Shown: one piece after another, positions 24,701-34,595 of the stretch | Position numbering within the stretch: position 1 is the first letter of the stretch | How the letters are laid out: each line of letters starts with the position of its first letter | DNA from: an uncultured Bacteroidales bacterium | Lineage (GTDB): Bacteria > Bacteroidota > Bacteroidia > Bacteroidales > VadinHA17 | DNA length: 64,000 bases | Assembly: GCA_963843635.1 (NCBI GenBank) | Contig: CAWJLF010000012.1 | Location: 33,829 to 97,828, forward strand | Direction: 5' to 3' | The notes under the pieces: model-generated | The model's input: the letters and a program-made list of their open reading frames with translations, nothing else | The model's database searches: none | What the model was told of the DNA's origin: nothing | Made by a program: the position numbers and the translations under genes

Positions 24701-27633
24701 TGAGAGGTACAGTGGTCTTTGAATTTGAAAACAATGGTACCTCCTTCGATTTCGATATAAAAGCACCTGATGATGCTGACCTGAAAGATACTCCCTATCA
24801 TCTTAATAATGTGAAGGATAGTAAGACAACGATCGTATATCCACCTGCCTTGCTTGATAAAGCAACAAAGATTACAGGAAAGGTGACTCTGGGGGATAAC
24901 AAAGTTGCCCTTAAGGATGCAACTGTTTATGTTGAGCAGGGTAACGGAGAACGCATTGAGACAAAGACAGATGATAATGGCAATTATACTCTCCATAAAG
25001 TGCCGGTTGACCCGTCAAATATAACCGTATGGGCAACCAAACCAAACTCAGTGCCCAATATTGTTAGCCAGTCAAAACAACTGACTTTGCAAAAAATGAA
25101 CAAACTTGATTTTACCCTTCAGGTTGATAATGAAATTGCCATTGAGAATATTTTTGGCTTTGAAGTAGATATACAAAAGAAAGAAAAACAATCAGATGGA
25201 ACCTATCTATTGACAGGTGCCCTCATTAACCTTCCGGACAATCCTAACTTCAAAATGGCTGATGACGGACTGACTATCCCGTTTGCAGATATGAAGATCA
25301 AGAAAAGCGGCAAGTTCACCACCGGGGGTATTCCGTTAGGGGTTCCCGCTAATGCTGAGTTTGAGACGGATATCACTAATCTTCAACTTGTACTTAATGA
25401 TGTGTTTGGGGTGCTTCAGACTCCTTCAACTGGGTCAAGGCTAAAGGTAAGTTCTGATAACAATAAGGGCCAGATAAAAGGCAAGGCAGGAATAATGAAG
25501 ACCTCTTTCCAGTATTCAGGTAGTTATATCACCTTCCAGGCCGATGAACCATTATACTTGTCACCCCAACCGGGCAGCACCCAGAAAGACGTGATTACTC
25601 TTACGGTTAATGATTATCCTGCCAGGAAATGGGGAATTACTGGTCCGGGAGGTAACGATGTGCAGTTCAAATTCCTCGATTTCAATGCAAAAGGGAGTAA
25701 GACAAGCTCATGGCTTGAAGGCAACAAGATTGGTATATCTACGGTTTTGACTACTAATACTATAACGGGTATTGTACCTTCAATACTCTCCGTTGATATA
25801 GGCGAACTCGTACTGAAACCTACTAACATAGATCCTTTGACGGGAAATAAACCACTGTCTTTCAAACTTGAGAAATGGGATTTCCAGAGCACAGGCTGGA
25901 ATATTGAACAGACCAAAAAAGGTATTTACATTCCGCAGGGAACAATTAAGACGGGTATAATTGATGTACCAGTCAAAAAAGTGGTGATAACCCCCGACAA
26001 TTTTGCAGTGGGGGAGAGTGACGTACATGATCTAACGTTCTCCAGTGTGATCCCTCTAAACATACTTACCCCAAACACATCGTTTGGATATAACCCGGCT
26101 ATAGGATCAGACAGGAAAGGGCATTGGGAGCTCAGGATAATAGGAACACAGGGATCCCCGGGTGTGTCGATTACCGGTCTGCCGGGAATGGAACCAGGAG
26201 CTGCGATAAAATTCCAGTCCTTCTCACTGCTGAGTAATGGTGAACAGGAAATTGACCAGGGCAACCAGACCCAGGAGGTCACATTTTATAAGTTGCTTAA
26301 GGTTCAGCCTCTGTCTTTCTATGGTGGCGATAAATATTTCCTGATGTCATGTAACATCGATCTGGATATTCCAAGGATCAAGTCAAAAAGCGCTATGATC
26401 AAATTCTCAAAACCCGCCTCACAGGTTAACTTTGAGTTGATGCCTTTTAATGTGAGCTTTGACGGGCCCGGTGGTATCACATTTATTTCTGGACTTACAC
26501 AGGGTGATCAGAAACTCGATGCGACAGGCTTCACGGCCACCGGTACGATAAAAGACAGTGAGGGGATCAACCTTAAAGGAAAGTTGCACAGGACTGTAAA
26601 TGCAGCATGGCTGGAAGTTGATCCTAAAGGACAGAAGATGCCTCTGGGAGCAGGTCAGACCTACCTGGCAGGCATTGAAGGGAAGATGGAAGTTGTGCCG
26701 AATATAAGCGACTGGAATAATTTCAGCTTCAGTGGTGATATGACAGGATTCAAAGGCATGGAGTCAGATCTCCATAAGACTTTTACTGTCCATGGCAGCA
26801 TAACAGCCGACAATGAGGGTCTGGGTGTTAAGAATATCCCAACCCCATTCGGGGGAATGTCAATAACATATGATATTCAGAATGCACGTCTTACGGGTTA
26901 TCTCGACGTGGATAAGCAGGTTGGTGCCATGAGAATGAAAGGAGCTGCCAACATGCTGGTTGATGCTTCAGGCTGGTATTTCCTCCTCGGAGGTCAGCTG
27001 ACAGCCCCAGGGATAGGTAATATGCAGGCGGGTATGCTTCTCGGTGATTATCACCAGATGGCGCCTGATGTGGTTCAGACCCTGATGCAGTTCGCATATG
27101 ACAAGAGCGTCCCTGCCAGCTTCAAAACAGGGATATCAGGCTTCTTCTTTACAGGACAGAAAGATGTTCCGATAATCAACATACCCGATTTTGAGATAAA
27201 CATCGGGATTCTCGATGCCAAACTGGGCCTGTCTGCAGGACTGGATGGCCGGCTATGGATGGGATTTGACGACAGTGGTAACGAGTACGGTATTGGAGCA
27301 ATGGCTTATGCACATGCCTGGTTCAGCGCCTCATCTATTACCTGTACAAAACTAAGTGCTGAGGCCAGGGCTGAATTGGGAGCCAAAGGCATCTACCAGT
27401 CAAACACTGGAACATTTTCAATTACCGGTTGTGGCAGCTTTACTATCAGTGGCTCAGCCAGTCAGTGTTTCCCAACTCCTTGCTGGGATGGAATATGTTG
27501 CAAGGCATGTATCGGTGGAGGTGTCAGCGAAGGCATAAAGGTAGATATGACTTTTGATTCCAATGGAAATACAAGTCTTGATTTTGGCTTTGGGAACTGC
27601 AGTGGTCAGTCAACAATGTCTGGCAACTGGTAA
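21733..27633 (+). CDS. 1,966-aa secreted giant protein with multiple carboxypeptidase-regulatory-like beta-sandwich modules and a Cys-rich tail
   Basis: ATG lies 1 nt after the barrel stop codon. Signal peptide ...WMSLAFLFQGLFVLSLNGQQ. Module signatures: TTGPDGSFTFQF, TDSKGFYEFDNL, VVDDKGKAV, TADMRGTVVFEF, TDDNGNYTLHKV. An N/Q-rich spacer lies at nt 24208..24393 and 9 Cys fall in the last ~100 aa. No catalytic motif was recognised. Confidence 0.85.
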   Translation: MTTIITKYRYFRQLWMSLAFLFQGLFVLSLNGQQNLVINTMVRPPYATDIYRYPDLTRVMITSSFTTRGTFVVHIKGDNGVDLRTSPDYNPLPVSVSANEMNQYTGIDLSGYFDYTNLVSSGIPIQKLIDDGLPEGNYQICFRMKDGSGTFISSDEPLGCSNFFTIRFGDPPVTINPQCGAILNKTGLQSIVFSWTPATGAPAWTQYNLKIVELLDSTQNPNDAMLTSTQPPFFETSVQSGFSFFYGPSQTLLQKGHFYAWQVTAEDRESRTKFSNNGRSEVCWFKWDPKEMPVFHVVTQSETVKKNEPKISTVTNVDPVPIAVVSGNLNYKFKGSSSSGTFSQSSQQFGPAQQSITQMGDGLVYNHDNISTAGSKPLANVKVSLVMTYVLKGMVNNKSYDGSAIDMSDIRTEGIFMQSYPDQEKILATTTTGPDGSFTFQFMDTEQKLGLVDANADWKSNGGEFFDHVTGKLYKVIRLKVDNMYYCSPDINIKVTPWQSLDLGTVISYVKSYNLKVHTQWTNSKFYETKSGQGTALEKVKTTIFRKSFAGNVPRDEGGYSIPNGQLQVSILPKLLKTDYSKSDGNVIFTNLVQHNPDNSQDRYYLVCEPDMINGPYIFKKRERAYYPIYFKDKKDFPFNSMRYEDTNSNLPPTSEQAYGENITWNSQLQVRTYEMTMELYPQRPRIIGKVDVENVNAKPMSNITLLLLSNYDSTSVNNVLVRTAKTDSKGFYEFDNLDMELGKFNTEGPTPVNGPDRTLFCTPSGFKGQAEHLGTLIWGQQEEKNFHLVPDGLFTGYVVDDKGKAVAADIQVDDLAFASTTMQFEYNNQAGGGSNTGNTGNIGNNAQVSTVQMNNVQATNVQSNNIGVSNNSTMQVAGASASQVNMPTDVKQVFSIHAPSGKGRQLKIIPKDPGYTSETYTVDIPKEINNAAGQPLKPYVVYRMKKRVRFMVAERPAAKIYLISSLKPVPMAEVTLKVPGGDITKTADMRGTVVFEFENNGTSFDFDIKAPDDADLKDTPYHLNNVKDSKTTIVYPPALLDKATKITGKVTLGDNKVALKDATVYVEQGNGERIETKTDDNGNYTLHKVPVDPSNITVWATKPNSVPNIVSQSKQLTLQKMNKLDFTLQVDNEIAIENIFGFEVDIQKKEKQSDGTYLLTGALINLPDNPNFKMADDGLTIPFADMKIKKSGKFTTGGIPLGVPANAEFETDITNLQLVLNDVFGVLQTPSTGSRLKVSSDNNKGQIKGKAGIMKTSFQYSGSYITFQADEPLYLSPQPGSTQKDVITLTVNDYPARKWGITGPGGNDVQFKFLDFNAKGSKTSSWLEGNKIGISTVLTTNTITGIVPSILSVDIGELVLKPTNIDPLTGNKPLSFKLEKWDFQSTGWNIEQTKKGIYIPQGTIKTGIIDVPVKKVVITPDNFAVGESDVHDLTFSSVIPLNILTPNTSFGYNPAIGSDRKGHWELRIIGTQGSPGVSITGLPGMEPGAAIKFQSFSLLSNGEQEIDQGNQTQEVTFYKLLKVQPLSFYGGDKYFLMSCNIDLDIPRIKSKSAMIKFSKPASQVNFELMPFNVSFDGPGGITFISGLTQGDQKLDATGFTATGTIKDSEGINLKGKLHRTVNAAWLEVDPKGQKMPLGAGQTYLAGIEGKMEVVPNISDWNNFSFSGDMTGFKGMESDLHKTFTVHGSITADNEGLGVKNIPTPFGGMSITYDIQNARLTGYLDVDKQVGAMRMKGAANMLVDASGWYFLLGGQLTAPGIGNMQAGMLLGDYHQMAPDVVQTLMQFAYDKSVPASFKTGISGFFFTGQKDVPIINIPDFEINIGILDAKLGLSAGLDGRLWMGFDDSGNEYGIGAMAYAHAWFSASSITCTKLSAEARAELGAKGIYQSNTGTFSITGCGSFTISGSASQCFPTPCWDGICCKACIGGGVSEGIKVDMTFDSNGNTSLDFGFGNCSGQSTMSGNW

Positions 27634-27660
27634 TATTATTGAAAAGAAAAACCAAGTAAT

Positions 27661-29652
27661 ATGCAAAGGATATCATTTTATCGTCTAATAGTATCAGTCC
27701 TCTTATTCTCATTAGCAGCTCCATTTGCCGGAGCCCAGGAAAACAGGCCGACAGCAGTGGGGACCAGGAACGGTATCTGGATCTACCTGGGTAATGAGAT
27801 CCCCAGGGGCTTCCGGTATGAGATATTAAGGAAGACTGGCAGAGCAAACTACACCGTGATTGGGACCGCCACCTATCCGGAAGATGAAAAGGAGATGAAG
27901 GCTATAGTTTCACAATACAGTCCATACTTCGGAGACCTTGAAAAGTTCGGCGACAAAGAAGTCACTGGATTAAGAAATTATGCGGGGAAGCATAAAACAT
28001 CGGACTCAATTACCATGCCTGACTTACCCGTGATGCACCTGGCACTTGGAACAGCTTATTTTGACACTGATGTGCAGCCTGGTACTGATTATCAATACAG
28101 TGTGCGAAAGATTACCGGGAAAGATACACGTGCCTGGGAGAGAGAGAGTAATACCGCTTCATTTCCGCCTGTGACAGATATCATGAGACCGGTATTCAGC
28201 AACAAGGAAGAGTCGCGCTCGCAGATACTGATACGCTGGTATGTTCCTGAACAGAAAATGCTTAATACATTTGCTGTATACAGAGGAGTTTTCGGGAAGG
28301 GAGATTTTAAGAAAATTGATGCAATAAAAGGATATAATTCATCCCGGGACACTGTGTTTCTCATAGCTATTGATACCAATGTAACCGTACCGGCATTTTA
28401 CCAGTATTACCTGCTTCCCCTTGATATTTACGGCAACAGCGGTCCCGGATCTGATACTGTGGGGGCCGGTACTTTGGGACATGCATATAACCCGGTTCCT
28501 GATTATTTGAAGGCAAGGGGCAGGGATAAAGACCACCAGGTTGAGATAAGCTGGAGTTTCCGGGACAAGAAATATCTTCGTGGGATAGAAGTTTTCAGGA
28601 GCTCGTCATTCGACGGCAGATATGACAGGATAGCCCTTCTCCCGGCAGGCGATACAACCTATACAGATGTTGTTCCTGTTGCAAACGAGAATTACTGGTA
28701 CTACCTGGTAATTGACGGACCGGTTTCCAAAAGTCTTCCCACTGCAAGAGTATCTGTTATGTTCAGGGCTCCCGGAGAGAAACCTTCTCCCCCGGACGAG
28801 ACAGGCGCTGAAAGTGTCAGTGGAGGAGTTAAAGTATACTGGAGCTATCACGATCCTTATGTGAAAGGGTTTTATGTTTACAGGTATGTCTACGAGAAAT
28901 CTGATTATATACAGGTTTCCTCGCTCATCCCTGCAGGGGGCGAGATATTCAGCTATATTGATTCAGTTGGACAGGGACAGGGGAGTGGTGTGCTGCGTTA
29001 TGCTGTACGGGCAGTGAATGACCTGGACCAGATGAGTGATCTTTCTTCACCTGCAAGTGCCAATCCGGGAGTCAGGTCCGCTGTCGGGGTCCCCTTAAAT
29101 CCAAGAATAAACAGATCCGGTAATGGTATAATGTTAATATGGGACGACCTGCGCAACAGTGAAAAGTCGTTAATGGGATATAAGGTTTACAGGAAAAGTA
29201 CGGCGGGAAAGAATTTTGTTATGATGCCTAACGACACACTCAGGAATGATAAAAATTATTTCAGCGATACCACTGTCGTCCAGGGGATGAGCTATCAATA
29301 TGCTGTAACAGCAATAGATTATTACGGGAATGAGAGTCCGATGAGTAACTTAATCTCGTACAGCATGCCGGCCGAATATATCATTCCTCCGGTCATTTCA
29401 GGAGCTGTGGGAACTACAGGAGGTATTATGATCAGTTGGGGACAGGTGAATGACGAAAGCGTTGTCTCTGTCAGGGTGTACCGGATACAGCCAGGCGGAA
29501 AAGCAACAGCCTTGGCAACATTATCAAAAGATGAAAACCAGTATCTGGATAATACAGCAAGGAAGGGAGAACTCTATATTTATGAGATATCTCTTCTTAC
29601 AGGTGACAACAGGGAGTCGGTCAGAAGCAGAGGTGTCAGTATACGATACTGA
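27661..29652 (+). CDS. Secreted protein built of six fibronectin-type-III-like modules
   Basis: Signal peptide MQRISFYRLIVSVLLFSLAAPFAGAQ. Six repeats each end in an FN3 G-strand-like motif: YQYSVRKI, YQYYLLPLDIYGNSG, YWYYLVIDG, LRYAVRAVNDLDQMS, YQYAVTAIDYYGNES, YIYEISLLTGDNRES. It starts 27 nt after the giant gene. Confidence 0.85.
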   Translation: MQRISFYRLIVSVLLFSLAAPFAGAQENRPTAVGTRNGIWIYLGNEIPRGFRYEILRKTGRANYTVIGTATYPEDEKEMKAIVSQYSPYFGDLEKFGDKEVTGLRNYAGKHKTSDSITMPDLPVMHLALGTAYFDTDVQPGTDYQYSVRKITGKDTRAWERESNTASFPPVTDIMRPVFSNKEESRSQILIRWYVPEQKMLNTFAVYRGVFGKGDFKKIDAIKGYNSSRDTVFLIAIDTNVTVPAFYQYYLLPLDIYGNSGPGSDTVGAGTLGHAYNPVPDYLKARGRDKDHQVEISWSFRDKKYLRGIEVFRSSSFDGRYDRIALLPAGDTTYTDVVPVANENYWYYLVIDGPVSKSLPTARVSVMFRAPGEKPSPPDETGAESVSGGVKVYWSYHDPYVKGFYVYRYVYEKSDYIQVSSLIPAGGEIFSYIDSVGQGQGSGVLRYAVRAVNDLDQMSDLSSPASANPGVRSAVGVPLNPRINRSGNGIMLIWDDLRNSEKSLMGYKVYRKSTAGKNFVMMPNDTLRNDKNYFSDTTVVQGMSYQYAVTAIDYYGNESPMSNLISYSMPAEYIIPPVISGAVGTTGGIMISWGQVNDESVVSVRVYRIQPGGKATALATLSKDENQYLDNTARKGELYIYEISLLTGDNRESVRSRGVSIRY

Positions 29653-29656
29653 CAGA

Positions 29657-30967
29657 TCATTTCATGAGTTTACTTATTATAAAGTTACCTAATTCCCTGC
29701 CTTTCAGTACACTGGTATCAGCAGTAAACCTGTAATGAATACCTCCGTAAACCCTGCTGATGGATACTTCAGCAGCTGCATCCTCAAATGAACTGAAATG
29801 TCGTTGCATACCTATATACCTGAGGTCTGCAGTATCCTGGAATGCAAAATTCTGTCCGAAAATGGAAGTAAGCAAACTGGCTGCACTGGCTGAGATTGTA
29901 CTGTGTGCACTTGTATATTCCGGGAATGAGGGTGTTTGTAATAGTGGCATCCAGTTGGGATCAAAGGACTCATTGATAGCCGTTACAGGACGAATATAAC
30001 TGCTTCGGTATTTCTCATCCCATGATGAAATGAAAGCATCATATAACGCAATGGAAGTGTAGGCATATGCTATGGCTGTTTTCACTTCATCAGCGCCGGC
30101 CATTCTTGAGGCTATTGCACATATACCCATCCAATGGCCACCAGGTGTTATTTTTTTGTTGCCGAACATCATGTGTCCCACGTGTTCCACAACAAAAGGA
30201 TTATCGTCCCAGTAACGTGCTATATCAATTTGTTCCCCTGTAAGATGCTTATTGATTGTATAAACATTGAGCAATTCCTTATAATAGAGACTATTGGTGT
30301 CCATACTGAATTGCAGGGGGCTCGCAGGGTTTAAACTGCGAGGCGGAATCCATAATCATTGGCATCATGGTGTTCCAGCACCATTCAATACCATCCAGAT
30401 AGTCAGGGGGAGTGGGCCGCCATTTTCCCGGTATCATTACTTCCCAGGTATTTCTCTTTTCCCCTTGACTGTAAATAACCGTCCATATAAGCTCTGCGCA
30501 AAACGGTACTCCCCACACTGTCACCAAAATCAACGATCGCTCGTAGGTTGCATCATCCAGAAGGTTCCTGAACCTGTTATAAACAGATTGTTCATAATGA
30601 GTCAGGGAATCCACCGAAAATACCTTCACATTGCGGACCACTTTAAAAAAAGCTTTGCTGGCAGCAAGGGTGAAATTATAATTTTTGCTGTTTCAGGACT
30701 GGCATAGGATCAAAGCCATGTCAGCCTGGTGGTTATTGACTGATAGCCTTCTCGTTAAACTAATAGCCTCATAGGTGGCCAGCGATGCATATACATATAG
30801 CCTGCTTGCCACAGGTGGTGTAAAGACATCATAGATAATTACCTGTGTAAGCTTATCCTGGTTGTTATGCAATGATCTCAGCATCCGATATCTGCATTGA
30901 CCACCTCTCTTTTGCAGCCGATGACTGACAGTACCAGGATAAGGACCAGACTGTTTTGGTAAGGCAT
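29657..30967 (-). pseudogene. PAP2-superfamily / vanadium-haloperoxidase-like lipoprotein, multiply frameshifted
   Basis: Lipobox start MPYQNSLVLILVLSVIGC (ATG 30967). Fragments 30693..30884 (TPPVASRLYVYASLATYEAI), 30291..30641 and 29657..30304 (PEYTSAHSTISASAA...SRVYGGIHYRF) are colinear but lie in different frames. Confidence 0.75.
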
Positions 30968-31051
30968 TTTATATATTCAGAAGAATGATTTTAATATGTA
31001 TTTTCTTTTATTCATTTCGTTTTTTTCAGGTTTCCCTGAGCATAAAATTTT

Positions 31052-34000
31052 CAGTGGCCCTCTGTTTGTGCGCTGCAGCCACCAGGAGCTTCCTCCGACC
31101 CCTTAAGTGGCAATGCCTTTGCCATTACCGGGGATAATATGCCACTTTCATCAATGACAGCGGGCTGAAATTGCCATGCCCGTCACCCAGCATCAGCAGT
31201 CCGTTTAAGGCATCATATCTGCCTGTAAGACCTCGGTGCCAAAATCATTGGTGTTTGCAAGAACATCGCGTTGCCATCGTCATTGAAATCGCCTGTGCAA
31301 CCAACCTCCAGAGGTGGAGAGTTGAGCCTTTAGGTGGCAAGGGAATTAGGGTAAATGGTTATTGCCGTCATTTCTGCAAAAGGATGACCTGAAATCAGTG
31401 GCTTTAAGCACCTGTGCTTTTTCCATCTGTTCAGGGGAAAAAAGTTGGTCGATGGTGGCGTTGCGAATGATTTGTAATTCTGAAATTTAGATCTCATCCC
31501 TATCATCTCTTTGACAATATCATCTCTTCCCTGCGCAGGAAAATTGCTCATATAGTATCCTGTTGACTGGCGATCATATAAAGGGCAGGAAAGGCATCAT
31601 AACTTCCATTATTGTCAAAGTCGCCCGGCATAACAGAGACCGGGTATTCTTCACTGGCCCTGTAATATGAATTTAGGCCAAGGTTACCCACTACAAAATC
31701 CATATCTCCGTCATTGTCAAAATCCGCAGCTACAACAGTAGTCCACCAGCCCTTATGACCCGCTAAACCTGTCTGATCCGTTATGTTCCTGAATTTACCA
31801 TTCTCATTGAGCAGGAAGGTGACTGGTGTCCATTCGCCTGCAATAATAAGATCAGGCAGCCTGTCATTATTAATATCTGCGAACAAGGCATCACTTACCA
31901 TACCAAAATTGATAAGATCAGGTGCAATTTCTTTTGTAACATCAGTAAACTTTATTTTGCCGTTTTTTGTGTCATTCCTGTAAATGAAGCTGGAAACAGG
32001 CTTTGGATAATTCCATGGAAATACCCTGCCCGAGATAAAGAGATCAGGATCTCCGTCCCTGTCATAATCCGCAACTCTCACACTCCCTTTGCTTGTAAAG
32101 TCTATGGGAATGGCTGAGGAGTCTTCTGTAAAATACCTTTTCCATCGTTTTGATAAAAATGATCCCTGTAGGCTTCCGAATATGGTTCATTCTCATAGCC
32201 ACCTGATGAAATATAAAGATCCTGGTCACCGTCTCCATCTGCATCAAATAGCTGGATGCCGGTATCATCCCATGTCTTGGATTGTAAGATCTCATCACTC
32301 AGGAGAGGCTTATGAGTGAAGGTCCCGTCTTTTTTCTGTAAGAAGATAGTGGCGCTTGTATGAGAAGAGCCACCCGTAATAAGATCTTCAAGGCCGTTAC
32401 CATCAATATCACCGGCAGCAATTGAGGGACCGGATTCAGAAAACTTATGAGGCAACAGTTTTTGTATATTGAAATCAACAAAATCTTTCTCCTTATCTAT
32501 ATATTGCAACCTTAACAGGTTCTGTAACATCCATGAACAGGCTTTTCCTGATTGCCGGTTTCACAGGTTTGTTAAGAAAGCTTCTGCGCATCATCTGTTT
32601 TCACATTCAAAACCTGGTCGGCATTGATATTCTGAAGTATTTCTGATGTCCCGTTTTGCCATCTGACTATCATCGAATCTACCCTGGTGGATTTTCCGAG
32701 TACCGAAATGAGCTATTCCTCCAACTGTTGACAGGTAACCGCGTGCAGGTGCATTTTCCCACAATTGCTGCTTGCCATCATCATAATAAATCTCGATCAA
32801 GGCACCCAGCCCACTGATATTAAGTGAGTCCCCATGCAGGATAACTTCAAGGAAATGACCTGTTTCCGGGTTTGTTCCCTCTCATTGTTCCTGTATACCT
32901 GGGCTTCATCATTGATATTGTTTATTACGAGATCGAGGTCACCGTCATTATCGAGATCGCCATAGGCTGCCCCGTTTGAGAATGTCGGAGATGAGAATCC
33001 CCATGTCCCGGACATATCAGTAAAGGCCATATTCCCATTATTCCTGAATATGTAATTATGGAGTTTTACCTCCGGCACCTGCTTAAGGATATCAGATTTA
33101 GAAGCGGTCTGCAATGCATTCATCCTGAACATTCCAAAGTCGTGATCGGTAATATCCCGTGGAAAGCCGTTTGCAATAAACAGATCCTTATAGCCATCAT
33201 TATCAAAGTCGGCAAGCAGGGGAGCCCAGCTCCAGTCAGTGGCTTCAATGCCGGCATAAAAGGCTATTTCGCAGAACACAGGTGTGCCTGTTGAATCCTT
33301 AGGTCCCTCATTTATCTGAAGCGTGTTGCGTGTATACTGATATCCGTACCCGTAACGTTCGGTATTCTGATAGAACTGGTAGCTTGCCGGAATGAGCATC
33401 ATCTTTTTCCTGAAGTTATCTTCAGGGTTCATGTCAAGCGTTATGAAGTCGTCAGTCCGTCATTGTTAATATCGCCGACATCATTTCCCATAGCGCTGTT
33501 GGAAGTATGCTTGAAACATGGAAGTAATCTGCTCAGAAAAGGTGCCGTCTTTATTATTGATCCACAGCAGGTCATTAGAGAGGTAATCATTGCTGACATA
33601 GATATCTTTCCATCCGTCGCTATTTATGTCGGTGATACTGGCCTGGTTACCATATCCTTCTGTCATTATGCCTGCTTCTTCGGAGACATCGGTGAAAACA
33701 GGGTGATGTAGGATAGTGTCCCATTCGTTGCGGTACAGCTTCCCCTGCTGGAATTGGAGCCATCACGGGTCAGATGGTGAAAAATATAGGGTGAATTCCT
33801 GTCATTTATCTCGTTAACAGTGAGATAGACATCTAAATCACCATCATTATCATAGTCGAAGAAAGCAGCCTGTGTTGTATGGGAATCATCGTCGAGACCA
33901 TATTCCGCTGCCATATCGTTAAATACCGGTATGTTCACTGCTGTTATTACCCTGATTAATATACAGGATGTTTTTTCTCTTTTCAGGGTCGCTTGCTAAT

Positions 34001-34414
34001 GGTGGCTGAGATATAGATATCGAGAAGTCCATCATTATTGATGTCAATAAGCGATACTCCCCGGCACCATTTTCCTTCACCCCCGCACCAGCCATATCTG
34101 TTACATCTTCAAAGCGTGAAATCACCCTTGTTGAGATATAGTCTGCAGGGGACCATGTTCCCTGTAAAGAAGATATCAGCCAGTCCGTCATTGTTAAAAT
34201 CGCCTATTCCAACGCCACCTCCATTGAAGATATTACCATTGTCAAGCTGGTTAACAGAGTCATTTTCAATGATCCTGTTAACAAAATGAATCCCTGAATG
34301 GGATGAACTGATCTGTTGAAAATGAGAATTTTCACTGTTGCATGAAAAAATTAAAAACAGGATAATCGCTGGGACAAGTATTCTTACAGGTTTAAATGAT
34401 AATGAACTGAACAT
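31052..34414 (-). pseudogene. ~1,100-aa VCBS/FG-GAP repeat protein with ASPIC/UnbV domains (CRTAC1-like), heavily frameshifted
   Basis: At least 9 colinear fragments. N-terminus: MFSSLSFKPV...GIGDFNNDGLADIFFTGN. Repeated D.DxDGDxD calcium-loop motifs (FDYDNDGDLDVY, DFDNDGYKDLF, DLDNDGDLDLV, DADGDGDQDLY, DYDRDGDPDLF, DFDNDGDMDF). ASPIC-like ARGYLSTVGGIAHFG. Confidence 0.8.
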
Positions 34415-34595
34415 AAATCGTGTAATGAGTTAGGTTATCCCTTTTGACAGGTAGTAATTAAATATTCAAACAACAACAAACCCTGTTGGTTCATTGCCCG
34501 ATTGTTAAAATTTAACCTGATAAGAAATTGTAATTGGTCTTTCCTGGCAGGTTTTCCTGCTGCCGTTCCTGCCGTGATAATAAATTTAGCGGGAA

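Noticed and set aside
27331-29652. T9SS C-terminal sorting domains on the giant and FN3 proteins.
   Set aside because: Neither tail shows the type A (…YPNP…) or type B (…FTPNGDGxND…) CTD patterns. This is stated as an absence by eye only.
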